64,000 nucleotides of DNA from an uncultured delta proteobacterium (GCA_963808625.1 CAWEHK010000024.1:31590-95589), one strand, 5' to 3'; counted from the first letter of the stretch, positions 32,214 to 41,791 are shown. Notes: a model not told the origin generated them from the letters alone. Program-made: numbers and translations.

Positions 32214-32280
32214 GTGGGGCAGGCTTTCCAGCCTGCCCTGCCGAACTGGCCAAAGGGCAGGCTGGAAAGCCTGCCCCACA
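32214..32280. repeat. REP-like doublet
   Basis: GTGGGGCAGGCTTTCCAGCCTGCC ... GGCAGGCTGGAAAGCCTGCCCCAC. Confidence 0.75.
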
Positions 32281-32452
32281 GGGCTTGGACCCTCATCAAG
32301 GTCCCGTTGTAGTAATAGTTATTCCTCCTTTACTCTCCTCAGCGAGTCCTTTGCGCGTTCCTTTATCAAGTGGGTGCGTTGCCGAACCACAATCTCCCGG
32401 TTAACATGCCTAAGGGATAAGATTGCGTAGTTGTGTGACGGAGGCGTAGCTC

Positions 32453-33529
32453 TTGTATCTCAGACAGGTCAAGTTCCAGGATGGTTACCATTTCATCATC
32501 AGGGAATCCTACCGTGATGGTGAGGGTTGGAAGCACAAGGATGTGGCCGATCTTGGGACCACTCCGGAAAGGTACATCGAGTATACGGGAGGGAATGGTT
32601 TCTATTTCAGTGAAGAGCTGGAGGAGAGGCTTCAAACCGCGGGTCTCAAGTATTCTTCCGAGGACCTTGAAGGCCTCTTCCTGCCCTTTCTTAACCCTCG
32701 CATCCGCCGCATCATTGAAAGCTTTCAGGCGCACCCAGCAGGGCGGCATCGCCGTGAGACCATTTCCCCGCAGGAGTTGACACGGCAGCACCAGCTCCTC
32801 CACAGTTTTGACAAGCGCAGACTGCATTTCCTCCGCTGTGGACGCGTGGATATCGGTGAGCTCGACTGGCGGCCGTGGAAATTCCTCAACGTGCTCATGG
32901 AAAAGAGCCGGGATGAGATCGAGCACACCATAGAAGGGATGGAGCGGGTGTTGCGCCCCCATGAAATGCGCCCGTACCTTTTCACGGCACTGCATCTGCA
33001 AAGGCATTTCCCTGATCATCTCCTCCGCAACCACCCGGCAGCACTGGATCAGGAAACGGTGGATGGATATCTTCTTGAGGCGCTCTGTGCCGTAAATAAT
33101 GACGCGATGTTCTTTTCCGGCGTGGACAGAGGTGATCGCGCCACCCTCCATCCTTTTCTGTCCAGATATCTCATTCTCTATTTCGATTCCGACTTTGAGC
33201 GCGATGAGTGGCCGGAATCCCTCAGGCAATTCATGCACCGCCGGCACGCTTACCGGCGCCCGCCTGCCGTGCAGCGCATGGACATGGAGGAGGCCTGCAG
33301 GGTGTTTGGCATCAGCAGAGAAGATGTGGGAAAAATGAAGGATGGCGAACTGGTCAGGATGTACCGAAAAAAGGCAAAAGCTCTCCATCCGGACAAGGGC
33401 GGGGACAAGGAATCCTTCATCCGCATGGCGGAGGCGTTTGGCTGCCTCGTGGAAAGAGCAGCGGCTAGCGAAGCTCCTCTTCAACGATGTCGTGGACCAG
33501 GGAATAGGGATCAGCTTCCTTGTCCATGA
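32453..33529 (+). CDS. Protein with C-terminal J domain (class C J-protein)
   Basis: EEACRVFGI...YRKKAKALHPDKGGDKESFIRMAEAF; TTG start with GGAGG RBS. Confidence 0.78.
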   Translation: MYLRQVKFQDGYHFIIRESYRDGEGWKHKDVADLGTTPERYIEYTGGNGFYFSEELEERLQTAGLKYSSEDLEGLFLPFLNPRIRRIIESFQAHPAGRHRRETISPQELTRQHQLLHSFDKRRLHFLRCGRVDIGELDWRPWKFLNVLMEKSRDEIEHTIEGMERVLRPHEMRPYLFTALHLQRHFPDHLLRNHPAALDQETVDGYLLEALCAVNNDAMFFSGVDRGDRATLHPFLSRYLILYFDSDFERDEWPESLRQFMHRRHAYRRPPAVQRMDMEEACRVFGISREDVGKMKDGELVRMYRKKAKALHPDKGGDKESFIRMAEAFGCLVERAAASEAPLQRCRGPGNRDQLPCP

Positions 33530-34418
33530 TCTTCTGGATCAAAGCGTCCAGTGACACGCCCCGATTCTCCAGCCGTTCGACGATGGTCCTCAGGATCTGG
33601 TCTCTCAAAGCTTCGATGAGTTGGTTTCGGGCGCGCTTCCAGAGCACTTCGCTGAGCTGTTGCGGGTGGGCGCGCAAGTATTCCCGGTGTTTTTGAATGT
33701 TGCTGTAAAGCTCCTCAAGACCGCGTCCTTTGAGGGCTTCCGTCTCGACGATCAGGGGCTCCCATCCGTTTTCCGTGCGCCGCCGCAGGCCCAGTTCGAT
33801 GAGCGTGCGCAATTCCCGGACCGTCTTGCGCGACCCCTCGCGATCGGCCTTGTTAACGACAAAAATGTTCCCGATTTCCATGATGCCGGCCTTGATCGCC
33901 TGCACCTCGTCACCCATGCCGGGTACCGTGACAAGAACGGTAGTATGGGCGCTATTGGCGATTTCCACTTCATCCTGGCCAACGCCAACCGTTTCCACGA
34001 GAATCATGTCTTTTCCCATGGCGTCCAGAACGTTGATCATGTCATTGGTAGAGCGGGTGAGTCCGCCGAAGTGACCGCGGGTCGCCAGACTGCGAATGAA
34101 GACGCCGCTATCGAGGAAATGGCGCTGCATGCGGATGCGATCGCCGAGGATGGCGCCGCCGGTAAAGGGGCTGGTGGGATCGACCGCCAGGATGCCGACC
34201 GTCAGGCCGTCCTGTCGATAGCGGAAGGCTATCTGGTCGACAAGGGTGCTCTTGCCAACTCCGGGAGACCCGGTAAAGCCAATCACATGAGCTTTTCCCG
34301 TGTGGGGGTAAAGCTCTTTCATGATTTCTCGAGCCGAGGGAATCTGGTCGTCAATATCTCGAAGCAGACGTGCGGTTGCCCGCACATCGCCTGCCACAAT
34401 CCGTTCCGCAATGCTCAT
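33465..34418 (-). CDS. meaB: Acyl-CoA mutase-associated GTPase MeaB/ArgK
   Basis: GFTGSPGVGKSTL, AVDPTSPFTGGAILGDRIRM, ETVGVGQDE, NKAD. Confidence 0.95.
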   Translation of the reverse strand: MSIAERIVAGDVRATARLLRDIDDQIPSAREIMKELYPHTGKAHVIGFTGSPGVGKSTLVDQIAFRYRQDGLTVGILAVDPTSPFTGGAILGDRIRMQRHFLDSGVFIRSLATRGHFGGLTRSTNDMINVLDAMGKDMILVETVGVGQDEVEIANSAHTTVLVTVPGMGDEVQAIKAGIMEIGNIFVVNKADREGSRKTVRELRTLIELGLRRRTENGWEPLIVETEALKGRGLEELYSNIQKHREYLRAHPQQLSEVLWKRARNQLIEALRDQILRTIVERLENRGVSLDALIQKIMDKEADPYSLVHDIVEEELR

Positions 34419-34433
34419 TCTTTAAAGCCTTTC

Positions 34434-34908
34434 TTTCACCGCAGAGACGCAGAGAGCGCAGAGAGAAGCGCAAAAATTCTTGCTGCGGTTTACTCTTTCA
34501 AGCCTAATACGATTCTCTTAATACCATCTTTTAATGCTGGGACGTTGAAATTAATCAGCAGGCCGACGGGCCATCCGCCAAGCTTGAGGTAGGTAAGAAC
34601 TTGGGCTTCGTGAATCGGCAGCAGCGCTTCGACGGCCTTGATCTCAACCACCACTGAATTTGACACCAGGCAATCGAGGCGATAACCACAATCAAGCATC
34701 ACTTCTTTAAACACGACAGGTAATGCTTTCTGCCTCTCAAAGAGAAGGCCCCTCAGCCCCAATTCATGACAGAGACATTCCTCATACGCAGATTCCAAAA
34801 GACCCGGTCCCAATGCCCGGTGCACCTCCATCGCTGCCCCAATGACTTCTCTTGTTACGTCATTGATTTGCATCTCTTCTCTGCGTTCTCTGCGTCTCTG
34901 CGGTGAAA
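34434..34908. mobile_element. GxxExxY cassette bounded by 31-bp inverted repeats
   Basis: TTTCACCGCAGAGACGCAGAGAGCGCAGAGA (34434-34464) and its reverse complement at 34878-34908 (30/31 identical) enclose a single ORF; mobility is inferred. Confidence 0.6.
34490..34873 (-). CDS. GxxExxY protein (PD-(D/E)XK-like family)
   Basis: [49 protein letters not shown]. Confidence 0.92.
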   Translation of the reverse strand: MQINDVTREVIGAAMEVHRALGPGLLESAYEECLCHELGLRGLLFERQKALPVVFKEVMLDCGYRLDCLVSNSVVVEIKAVEALLPIHEAQVLTYLKLGGWPVGLLINFNVPALKDGIKRIVLGLKE

Positions 34909-34914
34909 CTCTTC

Positions 34915-35330
34915 TTATATAGCCTTGCGCGGCTTCACATTCTCGCCGACCCAGGTGGTGATCTCCTGAAGCTTGGCACCGGGCTCGAATATTTCCTTAA
35001 TCCCGATCGCTTTCAATTTGGGGATATCCTCCAGCGGGAAAATGCCGCCCCCGATGACCGTGATATCTTCCGCACTGTTTTCTCTGAAGCAGTTCCAAGA
35101 TCTCGTGGAAACGAATAGGTGTGAGCGCCGGAGAGGATACTCAGGCCGATCATATCGACGTCTTCCTGGATTGCCGTGCTGACAATTTGTTCGGGAGTCT
35201 GGTGACAGCCCGTGTAGATTACCTCAAAACCGGCATCGCGAAAAGCCCGGGCGATCACGCGGGCGCCGCGATCATGTCCATCCAGACCTGGCTTGGCAAT
35301 CAATATACGCAGATTCCTTTCTCTTTCCAT
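34915..35330 (-). CDS. Acyl-CoA mutase small, cobalamin-binding subunit (two +1 frameshifts near 35090-35105)
   Basis: [10 protein letters not shown] (DxHxxG), GLSILSGAH; corrected frame continues [27 protein letters not shown]. Confidence 0.9.
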
Positions 35331-35393
35331 GGAAACAGTCCCTCCTCTTATGTCAGGTCGAAAAAAACCCAGACTCGAAAATGTCGTTTCAGC

Positions 35394-37103
35394 CTAGAAG
35401 GTGCCGGGATCGGAGTAGGTGCCGAAGACCTGCCGGTAGAGATCGCAACACTCCTGTTCGGTTGCTCCGGCCCGCACCGCGTCGAGCAGGGCAGGCATGA
35501 CATTGTTCTCCCAACAGGGCGGTCCTTCGCAACGCCGTCTCAACTCGTCCATGGCTTTCTGGAATTTGACCTTGTCACGGTTTGCCTTGAACGCATCGGT
35601 CCTCTCGACTTGCCGCCGTTCCAACTCATCGTCAATCTTCAGGATGAACTCCAGCTCGGGCCGTTCTGAGGGGTACTTGTTCACGCCGATAATGACCTTC
35701 TCGTCCCGTTCGAGCTGCTGCTGGTAGTGGTAGGCGGCATCGGCAATCTCCATCTGGGGGTAGTCTCTTTCAATGGCGGCGACCATCCCGCCAAGCTCAT
35801 CCAGTTTGCGGATATAGACGTTGGCTTCCTCCTCCATCTTGTCGGTGAGGGCTTCTACGAAGTAGGAACCTGCCAGAGGATCGATGACGTTGGTCACGCC
35901 GGCTTCTTCGGCGAGAATCTGCTGCGTTCGCAGGGCAATCAGAACCGCCCGCTCGCTGGGAATCATGTACACTTCGTCGAGGGAGTTGGTGTGGAGGGAC
36001 TGGGTGCCGCCCAAGATGGCTGCGAGCGCTTCGGTTGTGGTCCTTATGATGTTGTTGTAGGGTTCCTGGGAGGTGAGGGAACAGCCGGCGGTCTGGGTGT
36101 GAAAACGCAGCAGCATGGATCGTGGATTTTTCGCTTTGAAACGGTCTTTCATCAGTCGCGCCCACAAGCGGCGAGCGGCCCGCATTTTGGCAATTTCTTC
36201 AAAGAAATCGATGTGAGAATTCCAGAAGAAGGAGAGTCTCCCGGCGAAATCATCCACATCGAGGCCTCGTTTCATGCATTCTTCGACGTAACAGACCCCA
36301 TCGTAGATCGTGAAGGCCAATTCCTGAACGGCTGTGGACCCGGCTTCACGGATGTGATAGCCGCTGATGCTGATGGTATTCCAGCGCGGTACTTCGCGGG
36401 TCCCGTACTCTACCGTGTCGACTACCAGGCGGATACTCGGCTCCGGAGGGAGCATGAGGGTCTTCTGGGCAATGAATTCTTTGAGGCAGTCGTTTTGGAT
36501 CGTGCCTCCGAGCTTCTTCTTGTCGTAGCCTTCGTTTTCAGCGTTGGCGATATACATCGCCCACAGGATCGACGCCGGCGGATTGATCGTCATGGATGCG
36601 GTCACATCCTCCAGATGAATGTTGGCGAAGAGTCGCTGCATATCCTCGACGGTGTCGATAGCGACACCGCACTTGCCGCATTCCCCGCGCGCCAGAGGGG
36701 AGTCCGTGTCGTAGCCCATCAGCGTTGGAAAATCGAAAGCCGTGCTGAGACCGGTTTCGCCATGGTTGATCAGGTAATGGAACCGATTGTTCGTGTCCTC
36801 GGCGGAACCCAGACCGGCGAACATGCGCATCGTCCATAGCCGTGCTCGATACATGGTGCTCTGAACCCCCCGGGTAAAAGGATACGATCCCGGGAGACCG
36901 ATGTCTTCGAAGTAGTCTTTGTCCTTGATATCCAAAGGAGTATAGAGGGGTTTGATTTCCATGTCGGAAACGGTGGAAAAGCGTTTCAGGCGCTCCGGCA
37001 TTTTTTTTGTGGCGCTCTGGAATTCTCGGAGCCACTCCTGATATTCCTTCTCCATTCTCTCAAGTGTCGATTCAGAAAGCATTCTATTTCCCATCTTCTT
37101 CAT
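35394..37103 (-). CDS. icmA: Acyl-CoA mutase large subunit (methylmalonyl-CoA mutase family); specificity residues are isobutyryl-CoA mutase-like
   Basis: YPFTRG, WTMRMFAG, GLSTAFD, TIQNDCLKEFIAQK, ISISGYHIREAG, GGTQSLHTNS. Confidence 0.85.
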   Translation of the reverse strand: MKKMGNRMLSESTLERMEKEYQEWLREFQSATKKMPERLKRFSTVSDMEIKPLYTPLDIKDKDYFEDIGLPGSYPFTRGVQSTMYRARLWTMRMFAGLGSAEDTNNRFHYLINHGETGLSTAFDFPTLMGYDTDSPLARGECGKCGVAIDTVEDMQRLFANIHLEDVTASMTINPPASILWAMYIANAENEGYDKKKLGGTIQNDCLKEFIAQKTLMLPPEPSIRLVVDTVEYGTREVPRWNTISISGYHIREAGSTAVQELAFTIYDGVCYVEECMKRGLDVDDFAGRLSFFWNSHIDFFEEIAKMRAARRLWARLMKDRFKAKNPRSMLLRFHTQTAGCSLTSQEPYNNIIRTTTEALAAILGGTQSLHTNSLDEVYMIPSERAVLIALRTQQILAEEAGVTNVIDPLAGSYFVEALTDKMEEEANVYIRKLDELGGMVAAIERDYPQMEIADAAYHYQQQLERDEKVIIGVNKYPSERPELEFILKIDDELERRQVERTDAFKANRDKVKFQKAMDELRRRCEGPPCWENNVMPALLDAVRAGATEQECCDLYRQVFGTYSDPGTF

Positions 37104-37863
37104 CCTCCCGGCTTTTTCTCACAAACAAAATGGTTTACCCGATGCAGGATAGGTCCAATTCAATGAATCAATTTCTTGTGCTTCTTGTCCTTCGTGGTTC
37201 AACTAAGGACCGAGGGAAGACTCTGGAGCAGGATAACGGGAATCGCATCGCATCGCTTCCCCCTGCCATACCCTGCTTATGGCGAGGGGGAACTGGAATG
37301 AGCACCACACCAGGGTACTCGAACACTTAAATCAGAGCGTCGCGCAATGTCAAACAAATTTTTCTTGACCGGTTCGGCAGAATTGCGGTAGTAGTGATTC
37401 GGTCGGGCAGTTAATTATCATAACATCCCCATGTCATGGGTCGTGCGGCTCTTATATTTCTTGCTTCCCTTGTCAGGTCCTGCTGACTTTCCTTTCCAAG
37501 CCCGATTCCCATTCATTGAGCGATTCTTAGCTTTCTTGCGACCAGTTTTGCTGATCTAAGGTGAGTGATCTGCAGTCGATGCTGCGATACCACCAATGCT
37601 GAGCGACGGTTAATCCGACGGCCCCAGTATTTTTGCAGGGAACCAATTTGCCCAAGAGTGAGATTACCCATCAATGCTTCCTGTTGCTTTCATGGCGCTT
37701 CCGAAAAGTGGCACGGCCTAATAGCTTGCCTGATGGGTGAGTGACTGCTGCACAATTGGGATTCCAGGAAAGGGGGTGAAGAGCAAGTCCAGAACCAGAA
37801 TCGTTGAATGGCTTGTGGGGACAGGCATCAGAGCACCTGACATTTAGCAGAGAGGAGGGCGTT

Positions 37864-39156
37864 ATGGCTGGACCACTTAAACCCCGTTGGGGGCAACCCC
37901 TTACTGGAATCATTTCGAACATTGTCTTTTTCCTGGTCGGATGGCTTACCTGGTATCTTTTCAGTGATACGAGAGGGCCGGTGGGGAGCTTTCCCTATCC
38001 CTTTGTCATGTATCTTGCCATGATGATTTTGGTCGGTTTATGGCAGCACATGTTCATGGGGGACTGGCCGTTCCAGGATATCGCGCAGCCATGGCGAGGA
38101 ATCATCGAAACCATTATCAACCTGGTCGTGGTTTGGATTGTGATTCACGTTGTTTTTTATCGAATCCTTGGGCTTGGTTTTAACTTTCTCAGTCAGATCA
38201 ACCTGGAAAACCTCGCCGCCGCCGGTAAGACGGTTTTGCCGGAGGGTTGCGGCAGGACTTTGACGCTGGATGCGCTGACCAATCCGGGCGCCCGGTTTGC
38301 CGAGCGCGCCGTCGTTACCTTTGTGCTGATCGGTTTCTATTCCTACCCCTTCGTCACCATCCTCTACGGCAAATGGCCCATCCGGCCCAGCGACTTGACC
38401 CAGCCCCAGGCGGGTCTTTGTGACATCGGCTGGTGCAGTCTGCTGACCCTGTTCTTCTATGTCGTGCTCATCGTTCCTTTCTGGGGACTGATCTGGGAAG
38501 GAGTCTTCGGCAAGGCGTATGCGCTGAACACACCGTGGTGGACGTCTATCAACGGGACCAGTCATGTGCATTGGGTCTTCGGCTGGTGGGAATGGATGAT
38601 CATTGTTTTGTTCATGACGCCCAATGTCTGGCGCATGAAACCCTGGTCGCTCATTAAACTCCCGCAGCCGTGGAAAGGAAACGTTTCGTTCATCCTCAAC
38701 GTGATTCTCGGCTACCTCCTGGCCCTGCTTTGTGTGAAGTTGGTCCCCGTCATTTTTGACATGAACCCGATCATCCAACATTTGCCCGCCGGCGACAAGA
38801 GCGATCCCACCCGCTTCCTGTGGTACCATGCCGCGGAAATTGCGGGGTTTACCCTTATTCCGTTCCTTGCCTGGCATCATTACTTCGATGATATGTGCCC
38901 ACAAGCCGATAAGGATTCCTGGGGAGCGTTCTGGTTCCGGACGTTCGGGGTGCTCGTGCTGATGGTGGCGAACTATCTCTGCTTCTACAATCTCAACTTT
39001 GGTTTTTGGGGCCTGGGCAATTCCCACATGGAACATGGTCTGGCCGAGCGCCTCATTCACGGTGAATCGCTCATCTGGAATTTCTGGTGGATCATCCCGC
39101 TCCTCTGGAACGAGTGGTTCTTCCATAAGTGGCCGTTCTATGTCCACGAACATTAA
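37864..39156 (+). CDS. Uncharacterised Trp-rich polytopic membrane protein (putative transporter)
   Basis: 430 aa, about 11-12 hydrophobic segments, recurring DWPF/KWPI/KPW/KWPF motifs; GAGGAGG RBS. Confidence 0.75.
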   Translation: MAGPLKPRWGQPLTGIISNIVFFLVGWLTWYLFSDTRGPVGSFPYPFVMYLAMMILVGLWQHMFMGDWPFQDIAQPWRGIIETIINLVVVWIVIHVVFYRILGLGFNFLSQINLENLAAAGKTVLPEGCGRTLTLDALTNPGARFAERAVVTFVLIGFYSYPFVTILYGKWPIRPSDLTQPQAGLCDIGWCSLLTLFFYVVLIVPFWGLIWEGVFGKAYALNTPWWTSINGTSHVHWVFGWWEWMIIVLFMTPNVWRMKPWSLIKLPQPWKGNVSFILNVILGYLLALLCVKLVPVIFDMNPIIQHLPAGDKSDPTRFLWYHAAEIAGFTLIPFLAWHHYFDDMCPQADKDSWGAFWFRTFGVLVLMVANYLCFYNLNFGFWGLGNSHMEHGLAERLIHGESLIWNFWWIIPLLWNEWFFHKWPFYVHEH

Positions 39157-39240
39157 TTCTTGCTCTGCCGGGAAACGATTGTGCTGGTGAAGCGATGGTT
39201 TTGAAGAGGGCTTTTGCAGACGTCAAAAGGAGGTAAGGCG

Positions 39241-40296
39241 ATGCCGCGAATTCGCGAAAAGGCTAAGAAAGCCGAGGTCTTGACCCTCGATGAGGCGGTC
39301 AGGAAGTACATGCACGATGGAATTATTGTTGCCTTCAGCGGTTTTACGGGCTTTAACCGCAACCCGGTGGCCTTTGCCTGGGAAACGGTGAGGCAGGGGT
39401 TCAAGGATATTCATGTTCTGGACCGTCACGGCAGTGTTTGCACGTGGCTCTTGAATGCCGTCAATGCCATCAAAATATATGAGACCGACTGGATGGGCTG
39501 GGGCGAGATGGCCGGTAAGCTTGATGTCAACCTGGAAAGGAATTACAAAGCCGGAAAGATGATCCTGGAGGATTACTCCCACGGTGCCATGGCCATGAGG
39601 TTTTTGGCCGGGGCCATCGGGGCCCCTTTCATTCCTTACTATGCGCCTTTGGGTTCCGATCTGTACAACCCTGAATTCGATGCCCTGGGAAAGGCCGGGC
39701 TCAGGGACGGCAAGAACCCCAAGATTGCCAAAAAGAAATTTATTCAAATGGAGGAGCCTTTTTACGGCGATGGCGATGTCGTTCTGCTGCCCGCTGCCCG
39801 GCCCGACCTGGCCGTGATTCATGTGGCCCAGGCCGGGGACAAGGGCACCGCCCGGTGGCGTGGCGTCGGGACCATCGACAAGGAAATCGCTTTTGCCTGC
39901 GATAAGGTGGTCGTCGTTTGTGAGGAAGTCGTTCCCGAAGCGGAACTGCGGAAGCATTCCGAATCCAACCAAATTCCCTATTTTACCGTGGATTGTATCG
40001 TGGAACAGCCGTGGGGAGCCTTCCCCAGTTCGGTGCCGTTCTTCTATGACTATGACGCTCCCTTCATGAGGTTGATGGATGCTGCTTCGAGAAACCCGGA
40101 AGACCTCAAGAAGTGGCTTGATGAATGGGTCTATGGCCCCCAATCCTGGGAGGACATGATTACCAAGCTGGGCGCCAAAAAACTCCTGGATCTCAAAGCC
40201 GACAGCGTTACCGGCTACAGCACGAGAATTATGCGAGGCAAGAAACCGGCACCCAGGATGAAGATGCCCCTGTCCGTGGCGCGCAGCGGCTACTAG
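39241..40296 (+). CDS. Family I CoA-transferase subunit A (glutaconate CoA-transferase-like)
   Basis: LDEAVRKYMHDG, MRFLAGAIGAPFIP, PAARPDLAVIHV, VEQPWGAFPS. Confidence 0.88.
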   Translation: MPRIREKAKKAEVLTLDEAVRKYMHDGIIVAFSGFTGFNRNPVAFAWETVRQGFKDIHVLDRHGSVCTWLLNAVNAIKIYETDWMGWGEMAGKLDVNLERNYKAGKMILEDYSHGAMAMRFLAGAIGAPFIPYYAPLGSDLYNPEFDALGKAGLRDGKNPKIAKKKFIQMEEPFYGDGDVVLLPAARPDLAVIHVAQAGDKGTARWRGVGTIDKEIAFACDKVVVVCEEVVPEAELRKHSESNQIPYFTVDCIVEQPWGAFPSSVPFFYDYDAPFMRLMDAASRNPEDLKKWLDEWVYGPQSWEDMITKLGAKKLLDLKADSVTGYSTRIMRGKKPAPRMKMPLSVARSGY

Positions 40297-40313
40297 GAAG
40301 GAGGGAACGGAAG

Positions 40314-41213
40314 ATGGCTAAATCGATGGAAGAGTTGATGGAATTGATTGACAAGATTCCTGAGGAACCGGCAAAGCCGGGTGAGTTTATCCTTCCGGAA
40401 CTGATGGCTATTGCTGTGGCTCACGAAGTGAGGGATGACGATATCGTTTTCGCGGGGACGGGGCTGCCCATGGTGGGGATTATGACCGCCAATTTCCTCA
40501 ATGCCCCGCACGCCCTTTTGATTTACGAGTCGGGGATCTGTGACGGCAAAACCATGCATGTCCCGATGTCGGTGTGCGATCAACGCGCGGCCAATATGAG
40601 CTCCTCCCTGGGAGGCTTGGTCGACACGTTCGGGTATTACCTCCAGCAGGGCTTTGTCACCCTGGGCTTTCTGGGAGGAGCGGCGATCGATAAGTATGGC
40701 GGCGTAAACGTGACCTCGATTGGGGACTACTTTCATCCCGCGCACCGCTTTACCGGGTCGGGCGGAAATTCCGATATCGGTACCATGGCTCGCCGCACCG
40801 CCTTTATCATCCTCCAGGAGAAGAGGCGTTTCCTGGAAAGAAACGATTACACCACGACGCCGGGTTGGTGGTGTTGGGACTTCAAAACCAAGGAATGGAA
40901 GCCGAAGAGGGAGGTATGGAAAGGGACCCCCTTTGCCGACTGCGGGCCCAGCGCGGTGGTAACGAACATGGGGGTTTACCGGTTCGACGAAAATGGCATC
41001 ATCTACCTTGAAACCTCCCACCCTGGTGTTACGGTGGAACAGGTCAAGGAGAACTGTGGGTTCGACCTGAATGTGTCGCGGTTGAAAGGCGAAACCCCAC
41101 GTCCCACCTACCGGGAACTGTTCGTGCTCAGGGAATTCGTTGATCCTGAACTGATCTTTCTTCCTCAGAAGGCGGACTATCCGGCGGCGATCCAATCAAT
41201 CATTGACGCCTGA
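40314..41213 (+). CDS. Family I CoA-transferase subunit B
   Basis: VFAGTGLP, catalytic-type IYESG, GFLGGAAIDKYGGVN, GSGGNSD, HPGVTVEQVKENCGF. Confidence 0.88.
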   Translation: MAKSMEELMELIDKIPEEPAKPGEFILPELMAIAVAHEVRDDDIVFAGTGLPMVGIMTANFLNAPHALLIYESGICDGKTMHVPMSVCDQRAANMSSSLGGLVDTFGYYLQQGFVTLGFLGGAAIDKYGGVNVTSIGDYFHPAHRFTGSGGNSDIGTMARRTAFIILQEKRRFLERNDYTTTPGWWCWDFKTKEWKPKREVWKGTPFADCGPSAVVTNMGVYRFDENGIIYLETSHPGVTVEQVKENCGFDLNVSRLKGETPRPTYRELFVLREFVDPELIFLPQKADYPAAIQSIIDA

Positions 41214-41284
41214 CCGGAGTTGGCTCACCAGCCTTGATCCCTTATGCCTTGGCAGAGGGGTTTGGCTTACATTCTAGATCGTAG

Positions 41285-41312
41285 GGGCGGGGTTCAACTC
41301 CGCCCGTTTTTT
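41285..41312 (+). terminator. Rho-independent terminator (REP-like stem)
   Basis: GGGCGGGG-TTCAA-CTCCGCCC followed by a T-run. Confidence 0.65.
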
Positions 41313-41338
41313 TCCTTCGATATTCTGCGGTTCCTTGT

Positions 41339-41707
41339 TTAAGATTCGGTGTTCAATTGCAGTTTGAGCTCTACTCCCACCTCAGATGCCAGCTTTTCCA
41401 ATAGCTCGTGAGGAACTTCTTTGCTGAGCTCTTCGAGGCTGCTTTCGATCACATCACAATAGGCATGGACAAACCCTTCATAGAGGGCCAAAAGGGTGCT
41501 CAGTCCTCCGTCTGGATGCCGCATCGCCAGTGCCTCTTCAATCGTCGTGGAAACGAACTCGTCACTGGCCAACTGCAGGGTGGAATTCTGGAGATAATCC
41601 AGGTACTGGTGGGGTTCCACGAGTTCATTGTCGTGCAGCCAGCCAAGCTGCAGGAGAACGCAGTAACAATACTGCGCCCGCTCCCTGACTTCCTCTTCCG
41701 TAAGCAT
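41339..41707 (-). CDS. Hypothetical acidic protein
   Basis: 122 aa; GAGGA RBS; downstream of the YcaO gene. Confidence 0.65.
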   Translation of the reverse strand: MLTEEEVRERAQYCYCVLLQLGWLHDNELVEPHQYLDYLQNSTLQLASDEFVSTTIEEALAMRHPDGGLSTLLALYEGFVHAYCDVIESSLEELSKEVPHELLEKLASEVGVELKLQLNTES

Positions 41708-41791
41708 CGATCCTCCTCTGTCGGTTTCTGTATAGGCTTCGCTCAGCGTCTTCTCATGTTCTGTCGCTTCAGCCTTGGCTCTTGTGCAATT

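Noticed and set aside
37104..37863. Possible cobalamin riboswitch or sigma-54 promoter in the mutase/transporter intergenic region
   Set aside because: No B12-box core recognised; TGGCACG near 37709 lacks a GC at the -12 position. An Rfam/Infernal scan would be decisive.
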